From positions 3,125,014 through 3,189,013 of the forward strand of contig CAJINV010000004.1 in assembly GCA_905178155.1 (NCBI GenBank): a stretch of DNA of 64,000 nucleotides, given 5' to 3'. Origin of the DNA: Amoebophrya sp. A120 (taxonomy: Eukaryota > Protista > Dinoflagellata). The number at the start of each line of letters is the position of its first letter. The first letter of the stretch is position 1. Shown here piece by piece: positions 26,126-37,238 of this stretch. The notes under the pieces are model-generated. The model made no database searches and was not told the DNA's origin. It saw only the letters and a program-made list of their open reading frames with translations. The translations under genes and the position numbers were made by a program.

Positions 26126-26165
26126 TGTCGAGCGCGCGCCGAAGAAGACGGGCGTATTTTGACAT
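26126..26165 (-). pseudogene. Orphan copy of the first 13 codons of prpB (MSKYARLLRRALD)
   Basis: 37/40 nt identical to 19232-19271; all three differences are synonymous. Confidence 0.75.
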
Positions 26166-26646
26166 GATAGTGGCGTTTATTGCTGAGTTTCGGAATATAT
26201 CCTTTGAAAAATTCCTGGCAGCCCAAAACGGGAATTTCAGATCGCGTTCATGCGCCGTCGAAAATGATGTTACTTCTGGCGTCGAGGCGTGTGACTTGTG
26301 ATCTAGATTTAGTGGGAGAGTGCTCGCTGAAAAAAGGCACTACGTAGCAGAAGAACCAGAACGGAACTTCCACGAACAGCACTGTTGATGGAGCAAACAT
26401 TGTTGCAATTGGTGCTGTTCTTGCTTGGTCTATGTTGGCTGGTCGTTGTTGTTTTTTTCACCTATGGAAATCAGGGAGTCTTCTCATCCGGTGCGACTAG
26501 GAGTGTCAGGAAGCCGGGTGGAGGACATGAATGAAGACAGTACCAACACTCACGAGAACAGCGAAAGAACTTCATGCGCAGTTGTACAGCACCAGCAGCA
26601 GTCAGTCCTGCATATATTGACTGACCATCTTCTTCAGAGGCCACCT

Positions 26647-28923
26647 CTATAACTCACCAAAACCGTCCCGCTGGTCCAAAAAGTCATTTTGATTTTGGTT
26701 CTGTTCCATGTGCAGCCTGGACTTGATACTAGCGTACATGTCTGCTAGAGACGGGTCCACGGCGCCCCGTTGTTCAGCCGGCCGGGTGAATGCCTGCACT
26801 GGTGGCAAATTATCCTGTTCCGATGCCAGCGAGTCCAGCCCCGCCCAGGCCCTTGGAAGTGAGGAGGGCGCAGACCCTGCGGGTGCGGTGGCTGGGGGTT
26901 CGTCCACTAATATATCCTCGAGGATTATGTCCTCGTCGTTATCATTCGCAGGTTGGCCAGTTACTACCATTCCCGGCCTTGACGAGGACGAAGTGGACGG
27001 TCCTGGTCGAGCTTCATCAACATTGCCGCGCTGGAAGAGAAACAGATCCTCTTTCTCGTCTGCTGCTGCTACGCTGCTCGGGTTCCCCGCGTCTATTGCG
27101 CCCGGCCATGCTGTGGAGCTACTGGCAGACGAGGAGGAGATGCCCTGGTGCGGTGCTGTGCGAGGAGGTCCACTCGGTGGACCGAAGAGGGAATATGATG
27201 TCGGGGGTTCTTCCTTGCCGCTAAAAGGAAGTCCGTTGGGTGACGAAGAAGGGGCTGGACTGGCTCTACCTGCAGGTCGCTGCATCATCTGCGCCGCTGA
27301 TGTTGAAGGTCCTCCTGCAGCTCGTCCTGCTGTTATCGCAAGAAAAAAGTGCTACAGTTACACATTGTGTTGAGGGGGCCGCAAGACAGACAACTTTTAA
27401 CATCCAGGAAGTGCTTGCGAGTCTCGTTTTCTACGTATTTTCCCTTATGATCTTTGCATTACAAGTTTTCTCTGCCACGCAGAGAAAATCTGTGATGCAG
27501 AAACTCCAACAAATGTGTAACTGTAACACTTTTTTCTTGAGATAGCTGTCGTTATTCCACCAGTAGCTAGTCCGCGAGCCGCTGCTTGTGCGGATTTGAT
27601 TCCTCCAGCATCACGCCCATACTGGGCGAGCAGCCGCATGGTTCGCGGCGAAAGCCCGCCGTCGCTCGTGGGTCGGATCAGGGGCGCCAGTGCCTCTTGC
27701 TCTTGTCGCAACTCCACGCAGCCTAGCAGGTTTTCGAACAGATTCAACATCCGCTCCGCTGCGGCCTGCCGTGCGTACCGCTCGTTTTCCAGGTGGGATC
27801 CGAGGGACGACTCGCACTGGGGTGTTGTACGTTTCCGTTTCTTGTATTTGTATTTCAGCTATTTGCAAATGCAAGAAGATAAATGTTTTCCCATGTATGA
27901 TACGGAATTACATCTTCTGTGCTAGCTTCAACACCGAACCATCAATTCACAAGAACCACTACTTCTTTCACAAGTACGTTTTCTATCAGCCCCAGTAGTC
28001 TGTCGTGTGACGTTCTCCTGACTTGTGCCGCGTCTGCGAGCGAAGTGCGGACCTCCTTGAAGCGCGTTTCCATTTTCGTTAGAGCGGACTCGAGCATTGC
28101 AATGCGGTCCTGCTCTTCCTGGAGGACATTCTGTATTTGTTTCAAGGAGTAGTTTTCTGATAGTCTACGTCGTCAAACGAACTCTTCACGCAAAATCTAG
28201 TACAGCCAAATTGCAAGTCATGAAAAACTTTTACGTAGATGCACTACAGCAAAATTCGTAAAATCAGTAACATACCGTTTGCATTTGCTTCAGCATCCCC
28301 CGCGCCTGTTTATCTATTGCCAGCACTGGCACAGAGGATTCCGCCTCCGCAATGTCTTGCGAGAGCCCCTTCAGCTCCGCCGTGGCGACCGCAGCGATCT
28401 CTGTTTTTTGGTAGATGTTGTGCTAGAAACAAGCATTCTCGATCTTTTATTGGTGGATTTCTTATTTTCTTATGTTATAAACAAATTTTTCTTGTTGCAC
28501 TTCCGGCTGCGCCGACCACAACTACACTAGCATTTACTAAAAACGCATCGGAATCTTCATCAAACCTTGAAATTCCTGATCGCGGTTGATTCTGCACTGT
28601 TCCAGTGCGTACGGGGTACGCATGGTCGCCAGCATGTCTGCGCGGGATAAATTCCGGCTGTGTACATCGCAGACCCGGACAAATTTGTTGGACAAGGCCT
28701 CGATCTGCTCGATGAGCGTAAGAAACTGGCCCTCCTGCCACAGGTCGTGATGGACAAAGTGCATCTCCAAATTACTCACGGCGTCCAGGCTGCTCAAGGG
28801 TTTGGTTGGAGCCTGGTGCGCAGAAGTCCGCTGGCCAGAAGAAGTGCTGCCGCTGCTGTTATGGTTATACCGGTTCAACATCATGGCACCACCCGCCCCG
28901 GCGGTCGAAGATCGGGGTCTCAT
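26647..28923 (-). CDS. Hypothetical coiled-coil/low-complexity protein, multi-exon; ends uncertain
   Basis: Coding-like ORFs 28537-28923, 27942-28145, 27445-27750 and 26647-27288; the last two join in frame (GITTAGRAAGG) across the element at 27334-27544. Confidence 0.6.
27334..27544. mobile_element. TIR introner, family H
   Basis: TATCGCAAGAAAAAAGTGCTACAGTTACACATT...AATGTGTAACTGTAACACTTTTTTCTTGAGATA; TSD GCTGT. Confidence 0.9.
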
Positions 28924-30425
28924 GATGAAACCTCCTGTCTTCGTTTTGGCGAAAGTAGCAGAGCTGCGGCTGATCGTGCTTGCGGAAACGATGGAACACG
29001 GTGGAATTATGGGTCCACGCTTCCGTTACAGTCGTTGTTCTTCATTCTGTTTCTGTATTTTCTCGTAATATCCTTTGCGCGTGAAAACCACTGGTGTAAA
29101 ATTTCTGAAACTCACCCTCTTTATCTCTCTTTCTTTCAACTACATCGGATAGCTGAACCAGATGCGCCGATACTCGACTGCGCTTTGGCCTGCTCACCAG
29201 ACAGAGACGCTAGCAGGGCACCGACAATGTATTTGTAATATGACTTCTCTCCACCTGTGCTAGCAAAGCAATTGACGAGAATCTTGCTTCATGCGTCTAG
29301 AGCACAGCGAAAAACTTCGGTACCCAACCGAGCTCAGTTATCTCTCCAACTGAGGCAGGCCTCGGTTGCTGTGCTGCTGCGCCTCCAACAATGAATGTCA
29401 CACAACCGGTGGACAGAAAGTAGCAGGTTTCCCGATAAAAAAGGCCTCCAGTTTGGCCTTTTCCATTGTTGAGAACAAAGTATGCTGGAGCGGCAGGCAG
29501 AAGGCTGGTCTATGGTTCCTGGGTCAGGCCAGGGTCTTCATCCACTTCCACATAAAGTTGCAACAAGGTCACAAAAGTTGTACTTTTTCATCTCGGGAGT
29601 TCTTGGATATCACGGCTAGCTTCGCTGCATTTGTTCGTGTTTTCTCTGCCAAAAGCAGACGAGTTCTCTTTCTTCTGTTGTACTTTTGTTTTTCATTATC
29701 TCAGGACGAGCGGAAACATGCTCTGTCTTTGGTGATAGTAAATTATACAAACGAAAATACGCCGGCTGGCTGTAAAAAAAGCAGCTGCTTATCTTCAAGC
29801 ATTTCTGGCACAATTAAATCGAAAATCATATATCAATCTCATTTCGAGTCATCTTGTTCAAGAAACACAAAGAAGCGAAACCGCGGCTAACCTTCAAAAA
29901 ACGGAAACGCACATTTCTACTTATCAAAGCGGGTGGGGACACATCACATATCCGTCGCTACTTTCAATTATCAACAGGGCGAAGCAGACACACTCCACTA
30001 TCACAATTTAGAAAAGCTTAAGCTTATGAAATAGATGCTAGACCCCACGAGGGTCGACGAATTATACCCAACCTCGAAACTTTGCTGGGTCTATTCTTCT
30101 GGAGAACGGAATTTACAATTTGAATTTTTTGGCTTTGGCTCTGCTCTGAAAAAAAAAAGCGCCACCAGCTCACGACATCACGTGAACGAAGGAGAAGTAC
30201 TAACTGGAGTACCCAAGAAGGAGCGGCCACAGCTCCACCGACACTACCAAGTAACACCCCGGACTGCTTCACTTCACGCCATGTGGCTCCCGATGCACTG
30301 GTTGACGGGGAATTTGGGCAATCCGCCCTCCGCCTTCTCCCTTTCCAGCATTTCCGCGCGCTGCTGTGCCATGGTCTCCGTTGCCGCGGCGTGCTTGGCG
30401 ACGAGAAACCAGGGGTCCTTCTTGA

Positions 30426-30735
30426 TATCAACTGTAAAAGTGTCTGGGTCTGGAAGAACGCAAGATTTGTGACGCAGGTTTTCCATGACCCATGAGGTCT
30501 GAAATGCGAGACCCAGCATGACAGATTCTTTGAGGTCTCTAAATCATGTCTTTCCTGCATGAGAAACTCCTTCCCGACTTGGTCAAAACTGGACGACTTT
30601 TGGTAATCGCGCAATCATCATCATCATCATGTAGTGGACACCCGCTCCCAGCGCCACAGGTCTTTGCATGCTTCAGATTTAGCATGACAAGTTGCATTCT
30701 TGTTCTTCCAGACCCAGACATTTTTGCATTTGATA
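30426..30735. mobile_element. TIR introner, family A
   Basis: TSD CTTGA/CTTGA; empty site with a single CTTGA at 31877-31881. Confidence 0.93.
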
Positions 30736-30846
30736 CTTGAGACGGGCGACCAAATCCGTTTGGAAGAACATCCCACTGCCCCGTTTCCGGACTTCCTCCG
30801 CCTGTTTTTGCTCCTCTTGCTCCTGCAGCTTCTGCTCTTCCGCCTT

Positions 30847-31102
30847 TATGACGTTTTCAGACGACGTTACATTCTCAACTGTTTGTGTTTACATGAGTTG
30901 GTCATGCAAAACTACCGTAAGCTGCTAGATGATCTTCAAGCTGCTTCGCATGACAAATATTCGAAGGGCTAGACAGCGTCTAAATCTGTGCCAAAAAAAA
31001 CTGTGATGCGAAAGCAGCAAGCTTGCCCCTTTGACTGTTGCTGTTTTTGCATAATACAAATTCATGTATACAGTTGAGAATGTAACGTTTGAGAACGCCA
31101 TA
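30847..31102. mobile_element. TIR introner, family C
   Basis: TSD GCCTT/GCCTT; empty site with a single GCCTT at 32157-32161. Confidence 0.93.
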
Positions 31103-31729
31103 GCCTTCGTGGGAAGCTTCGGCTTGTTCCCTCCGTCCCGGCGCAGCGGATCGCCGGCGAAATTTGTAGTGCAAAAGCTGGAACGCTGCGCGAGTCTTTC
31201 ATGCTCGTCATGCAACACAAATTCTAGATTCTATTGTAACGCTTGAGACTGTAACACCTGAGCAGGTTATAATATCGACTCATCTTGTTCAAGAATCACA
31301 AAGAAGCGAAACCGCGGCTAAACTTCAAAAAACGGAAACTACGCACATTTCTACTTATCAAAGCGGGCCGCGGGGACATATCTTCACATATTAGTCGATA
31401 GTACTTTCAATTATCAACAGGGCGAAGCACTCAACACATCTGCTTTAGAAGTGTATGGCTCCACTATCACAACTTAGAAAAGCTTATGAAAACAAGAAAA
31501 TGCTACACCGTGGGCCACCACATCAAGGGTCGACGAATTATACCCAACCTCGAATCTCTGGGTCTATTCTTCTGGAGAACGGAAACAATTTTTCTTCTGT
31601 TCCGTAAAAAAAAGCGCCACCAGCTCACGACATCACGTGAACGAAGGAGAAGTACTAACTGAAGTACCCACGGAGCGGCCACAGCTCCACCGCAGCACAC
31701 TACTAAGTAACACCTCGGACTGCTTCACT

Positions 31730-34700
31730 TCACGCCATGTGGCTGCCGATGCACTGGTTGACGGGGAATTTGGGCAATCCGCCCTCCGCCTTCTCCCTTT
31801 CCAGCATTTCCGCGCGCTGCTGTGCCATGGTCTCCGTGGCCGCGGCGTGCTTGGCGACGAGAAACCAGGGCTCCTTCTTGAGACGGGCGACCAAGTCGGT
31901 TTGGAAGAACATCCCGCTGCCCCGTTTCCGGACTTCCTCCGCCTGTTTTTGCTCCTCTTGCTCCTGTATGCAGTGCAAAAGCATGATCGTACTCGTACTA
32001 AAACTAATTGCAGATATGCATGACAAATCGCCTTCCTTAGCTAAAAAAGCATCACAAATTGTATCTGTCATGCTAAGCTAATTTATTATTTGTAATGCAA
32101 TTTCTACAACTAGTGCGATACTTTTGCGGTGCATATCCTGCAGCTTCTGCTCTTCCGCCTTCGAGGGAAGCTTCGGCTTGTTCCCCCCGTCCCGGCGCAG
32201 CGGATCGCCGGCCATCCGCCGCCCCCAGCCGCGGGAGGAATTTTTGGAGCTGGCACTGTCCGTTGGCTTTTCTGGTGCTAAATTGTGCATTTTCTCTTTC
32301 CGGAACTCCACGGTCGCGCTTTTTCGTGTGGTACTGGACTCCGTTTCGTTATCAAATGCAAAGATGTCCGGGTCTGGATCTGGAAGAGTGCAGGGTTTGT
32401 CATGATGCACAGCTTGCATGGCTCTCAAGTCTGTCATGCGCGCCACACAAAAGCCACATTTCTATGTCACGCAGAAACGCAGTCTGTCACGCAGATAGGC
32501 AACGCTATAGCAGCTCCAAAACTTGTCATGCTTGGCTGTCAATGAAGGCGTCCACATGATTCGCCAAACAGCATCACAAGTTTCCAGACCCAGACATTTT
32601 TGCAGTGCATATTCGTGCGTTCTGACCGATTCCCGGGTGGGCGGCGTAAATTTGTTGCCGTATTTAGCATGGTAGTCCGCCTCGATGGCCTTCATGGCGG
32701 CGACGACCTGGGAGGGGGGAGGTTTCATGGTCATGGTCTTGCCAATATTGCATTTTTTTGGATACTAGCACGAACTGCATGACATACAAATTGGTGATCA
32801 GAAATTTCAAAAAACAGAGACAAAGTTCTTCATCAGGCGAGAGAACTACATCACGAAGCACTATACCAGTGTCTTATCCCCCTTGTATGGATTGTAAAAG
32901 TGTCTGGGTCTGGAAGAATCCAACTTGTCATGCTGATTTTCATTTTGGATTCTAACAAAATCTGTATTGCATGAGCAGCAAAGAGAGCCCAAGTTTTGCT
33001 ACACGGAGAGAGCATCTGTCATGCGGTATAGGGATCAGGAAGCCCTCACAAAATCTGTGATGCTAGGGCATGCATCAGAGACCTCAGGAGTCATGCAAAA
33101 TGTGCATGACAAACCTGGCAATCTTCCAGACCCAGACATTTTTACATTTGATACCTTGACGTTGAGCGCCATTTCTCGGTATTCGTGTTCGAGTCGTTGC
33201 AGCTCCACGACGACGTGCAGTTTCCGTATTGCCAGCGCCCGGCGTTGGTGGATCCGCCGGGCGCGGTAATCATCCAGAACGCGGTCGCGGATGTTCTCGC
33301 GACTCTTGTTCAAGATGTCCGACAGCGCTTCCGCCTCCGCCCGGTCCTTCGCGATCTGCGGGTTGGCCTGCAGGTAGGCCTGGGTGCGGTTTTTCAGCAG
33401 AGTGGACCCCTTCTCCGTGGACAAAAATCGGTCGACGAGGGTCGGGTTCTCCTGAAGGACCTCGGTCAGCTTCTGTTCGCACTCCAGCTTCAGATTGTAC
33501 TCGACCCCGGCCTCCACGGTGTGAAGGCTGGTGTTTGGTGAAGGTTTTATCAATGTAGTTTTTGATATTCTTTCTTATTCTTTCCTTTTGCAGCAGCTCT
33601 GCGCTTGTTCGCCTGCGAAAGGAGCTTGTCAGCCTGCGACCGCGCAAAGACGGAAGGAGCAGCAAGATGCGCAAGAACTACGAGGCACATCTAAATCATG
33701 CATTTTTGTTCGAGATTCAATTTCAAATCGCGCAATGAAATAGTCACTTAAATAAACTAAAAGTAGAAGTACTCTTCCAGTGATTTCAGCTCCCGAAACT
33801 GCAACGTGGCCATCCGGAGGAACTTTTCTTTGTATTTTCCTATCACCTGCTGCCTCGCCTTCGACCACCGATCACTGCCGCCGAGGTCCGGTTTGAAGGT
33901 ATGCTCTGCAAAAGTATCGCACCTACTCGTATTGCAGCCATGCATCTTTTTGTTTTTCTTAAGGTACATCCGCATTATTTCTCATGCTTAGGAAATTTGT
34001 AACGCATTTATACGAGTACGATACTTTTGCGCTGCATAAAAGGTGCACTCCGCCAACTCTTCGCGCTCCTTCACTGCTTCTTTTTGCTGTTTTTCAAGTC
34101 AGTGCTGCCAGTGGCGGGCGCGGACAAGGATCCAAGAACATTTTTGCTCGGTAGGAGAGAAGACTGCTCTTCTTGTCGTTCGGTGTAAGTAGTCATGCGA
34201 CCAACGCGTCGTGCTGTGCACATGATTATGCTACGAGAGCGCACGACACATCGGGGGGGGGGAGGACCACCCAGGAAGTACTTTACTACATCGTATCGCG
34301 TACAACCGTCGAGAAAACATTCCTAGAAGTACCTCTTTCAGCTTCTGTCGTATCATCTGCGTATCCTGGTATTCCTGCACGCGCTCTTTCCAGTATTCGT
34401 GAAACTCATCGATGTTGATCTCCTTTTTCCTGCGTAAAAACGTCCCCACCCCATGGCTGTGGTCATGGACGAACATTTGCAATGCGCATCCCCAACAAGA
34501 GAGGCGCTTCCATTTCTAGTCGTGGTATTTTGACGGATTTGTAACACCGCAAACAGGGGCTCAGGATATGATTTTGTGATGCGGCTGTGCTTCTGCTTGC
34601 AGCTTACCTGCACTGCAATGCAACAGCGAGAAACTTGTCATGCGTTATTTCCAAAACTTCCGCCAGCTTTGCGTTGCAGAGATCCCAACTTGACTTTTAT

Positions 34701-36531
34701 GGGTATAGGGACGTTTTTGCCCAGGATATCCTTCCGCCCTGCTTTCGTTGCGCCGGACATTAACTGCTGCTGCATTTTGTAGAATTCTTCCTCCATCCGC
34801 TCCTTCTCCTTGACCAGCGCTTCCCGTCGCATCGCGCGAATCTAAATTAATTTTTTGTCACTGAACAACAAGAGTTTATTTTCATTTCCTGCCTGATGAA
34901 ACACACGCAAATGGCTTAGAAGAAACTAGGCAAAACTTGTTGGTCATGCTCACGACCAGTGTCAGCGCATTAATTAGGACCACGAGAATGTTTGTGTTGC
35001 CCCTTCCCGTGGTCTACTCCAACTCCATCCGTATTATACCTTGTGATCCGAGTACAGAATATCCACGCGTTTGTTGATGACCGAAGCTAATTCCTCCGGA
35101 CTCCGGCGGGCCGCAAAAGAGAAACCCACACGCTCCTCCGGTGCAATATGGCGTTCTCAAACGTTACACTCTCAACTGCTACATGGATTTCAAATGCAAA
35201 GAGCAGCAACAGTGAAAGTGGCAATATTGCAGCTTTCGCATCACAGATTTTCCACAGATCGCCATGCTGTTTAGCTTTAGTCCTTCGAAAATTTGTCATG
35301 CTAAGCACCTTGATCAAGTGGAGGCTGATGGCAATTTTGCATGACAAATCCGTGTAAAACAGTTGAGAATGTAACAGTTGAGAGCGCCATATGCAACTTC
35401 TTGGTCGTTTCGCCCCGGCTCGTCGAACTCCGGCTCGAAGTCGCTCTCGCCATACCTGTGTAGTAGCAGTGAGTGTCAGCACTTTTTCATTGCACCCATT
35501 AGAGGCGACCCATTTTTGTAATCAATGTATTTACAAACACAGGCCTATGTATGTATTGTTCAACATGCAAGACAGAACAAACAGGAGCGACGGTGCTGAA
35601 TTACAACACCGGACATAGCGGCCTGCAAAAACAATTCTTATTCTATACTTAAAGTCCTGCGTCGGCGAGAAGTGTTTTTGTTTCGTGGTGAGTTGCCGAA
35701 TCCGGCGCAGCTCCGGGTCTTCCCCCCGCTGCAGCCGCACGGTCTGGTCAAAAGCCGCTTCTTTGACCCGTTTCTGCGGGTCCGAGCTGCCCTGCTCGTC
35801 CGAGCCCTCATCGTCGTCTTCATTCGCTCCTTCGGGAAAAAACTGCCACACTGCGCGAGGTTTCCCGCCCCGATTTTCAATCACCACCTGCGGTCGTGCA
35901 GCTCCTGCGGTGGCTGAGGAGGAAGAACTTGACGTAGTTGTTGGGCCGACTAGAGGACGACCATTCTGCCGCTGTTGGTGACTCTGCATCTGCTGCTGCT
36001 GCTGCTGTCTCGACTGAAATGCACTACTAGAAGACGCGGATGCGGGCGTAGCAGTTCTCGGCTTGTTATCCTGAGTAAAAACGTACCCACACCAGAGTTG
36101 TAATGGAGATTTGCAAAGACAGGAAGACTTGTAATGCGCATCCCCATGAGAGCCATTTCCAATTGTGTTTTGGAATTTGTGATGCTGTGAACAGGATGAG
36201 CAGATGAATCTGTGATGCGGCTGCACTTGCTAACCTGCACTACACTGCAGAGTGCAACTTGTCATGCGTCGTGACTCACAAAACTCCTAGGTTTGTGTTG
36301 CAAAATCCCCATCCTGACTCTGGTGTGGGTACGTTTTTACTCAGGATACTTGTTCATGTCTAACGGCGCTTTGCGCGATGAGCTGCTGCTGCTCTGCCCG
36401 CTCAGTCGTCGTGGCCCGGCTGATTGTTCCTCCGTGCTTGTAGTTCCCCCGGGAGGTGTGCCCCCGGTCCGCATCAGAGCCCCGCCGACCGAGGACAGTG
36501 ACGACTGTGAGTGCAACGAACTCTTCGACAT
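31730..36531 (-). CDS. Hypothetical coiled-coil protein with an ECTFKP motif; many exons (could be two genes split near 32740-32860)
   Basis: In-frame joins across elements: DMNKPRTA, GRKEINIDE, AECTFKPDL, NVKGDKTL, QKLQEQEE. A GT-AG intron at ~32738-32866 would join KTL to TMTMKPPP. Confidence 0.55.
31967..32135. mobile_element. TIR introner, family B
   Basis: TSD TCCTG/TCCTG; empty site at 30821-30825. Confidence 0.93.
32350..32611. mobile_element. TIR introner, family A
   Basis: TATCAAATGCAAAGATGTCCGGGTCTGGA...TCCAGACCCAGACATTTTTGCAGTGCATA; TSD TTCGT. Confidence 0.9.
32886..33153. mobile_element. TIR introner, family A
   Basis: Family A TIRs; TSD CCTTG/CCTTG. Confidence 0.92.
33900..34038. 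mobile_element. TIR introner, family B
   Basis: TATGCTCTGCAAAAGTATCGCA...ACGATACTTTTGCGCTGCATA; TSD GAAGG/AAAGG; join ECTFKP. Confidence 0.88.
34426..34728. mobile_element. TIR introner, family I (left end TTT)
   Basis: TTTCCTGCGTAAAAACGTCCCCACCCCAT...ATGGGTATAGGGACGTTTTTGCCCAGGATA; TSD TCCTT; interior similar to 36067-36348. Confidence 0.85.
35147..35391. mobile_element. TIR introner, family C
   Basis: TATGGCGTTCTCAAACGTTACACTCTCAACTG...CAGTTGAGAATGTAACAGTTGAGAGCGCCATA; TSD TGCAA. Confidence 0.92.
36067..36348. mobile_element. TIR introner, family I
   Basis: Perfect 32-bp TIR TATCCTGAGTAAAAACGTACCCACACCAGAGT; TSD CTTGT. Confidence 0.93.
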
Positions 36532-37238
36532 CTTGACAAGAGTGGTGAGTAATTATGTGACTTACTTCTCCTTTCAACCTGACCCGTCGCTCCTCGGGCT
36601 CGGTTCGTTATTTGCGTTCTTTACCCTTACGCCCCCGCATCCGCTACCAGAAGACGAGCAGTACTTACATTAGACGCCCCTCTTCTAAAACTCACACACA
36701 TGATGCTAAATCGCAGGTGCAGCTTCATGTGGTACAACTTCTACGCTCGACAAAGGTTTTGACCACCTCAGAGTTAACTTTATTCACTCCTCAAACTGAA
36801 TACTTTTCGTTTTCTTGTGTTCTTTGTCAGGGGAAAACACTAAAGTTCAGTGCCTTCTTCACATGCCGAAGGACGGAACAACTTTCGAAGAGTTCTTGCC
36901 TCGCCCGCAAACCGTTTTTATTGAACTTTACTACTTTCAAAGAACTCTGCTGTCCCTCTGTTGGTCGTCGTCGTTCAATTGTTGTTGTTCGTCATTAAAT
37001 GTGAAAATAAGCTACTTTTCAATGCGCCGCAGCTCCCTGTGTGTGCTGCGTCAGAGTCGTTTATCGTCATTGTAGTTTTCTGACGGCGAGCATGGGGCTG
37101 GGGACATTTGCGGCCGCTACAACATGTAAATCTTGTCCTCGAATAAAAACGCCTTCCCCCTCGCCAGTTGTACCGGTATACTTCTACCCGTAGAAGCTGC
37201 CCAAGTTCAAAAGTATTTGTCAGCTTTCCAACTTCTAT

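Larger units (their letters stand above)
29845..31159 (-). pseudogene. Tandem duplicate of the 3' end (last coding segment 30274-31159 plus downstream DNA) of the adjacent gene; 5'-truncated
   Basis: Aligns with 31278-32211; encodes AGDPLRRDGGNKPKLP...QCIGSHMA* after removing two elements. Confidence 0.75.
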
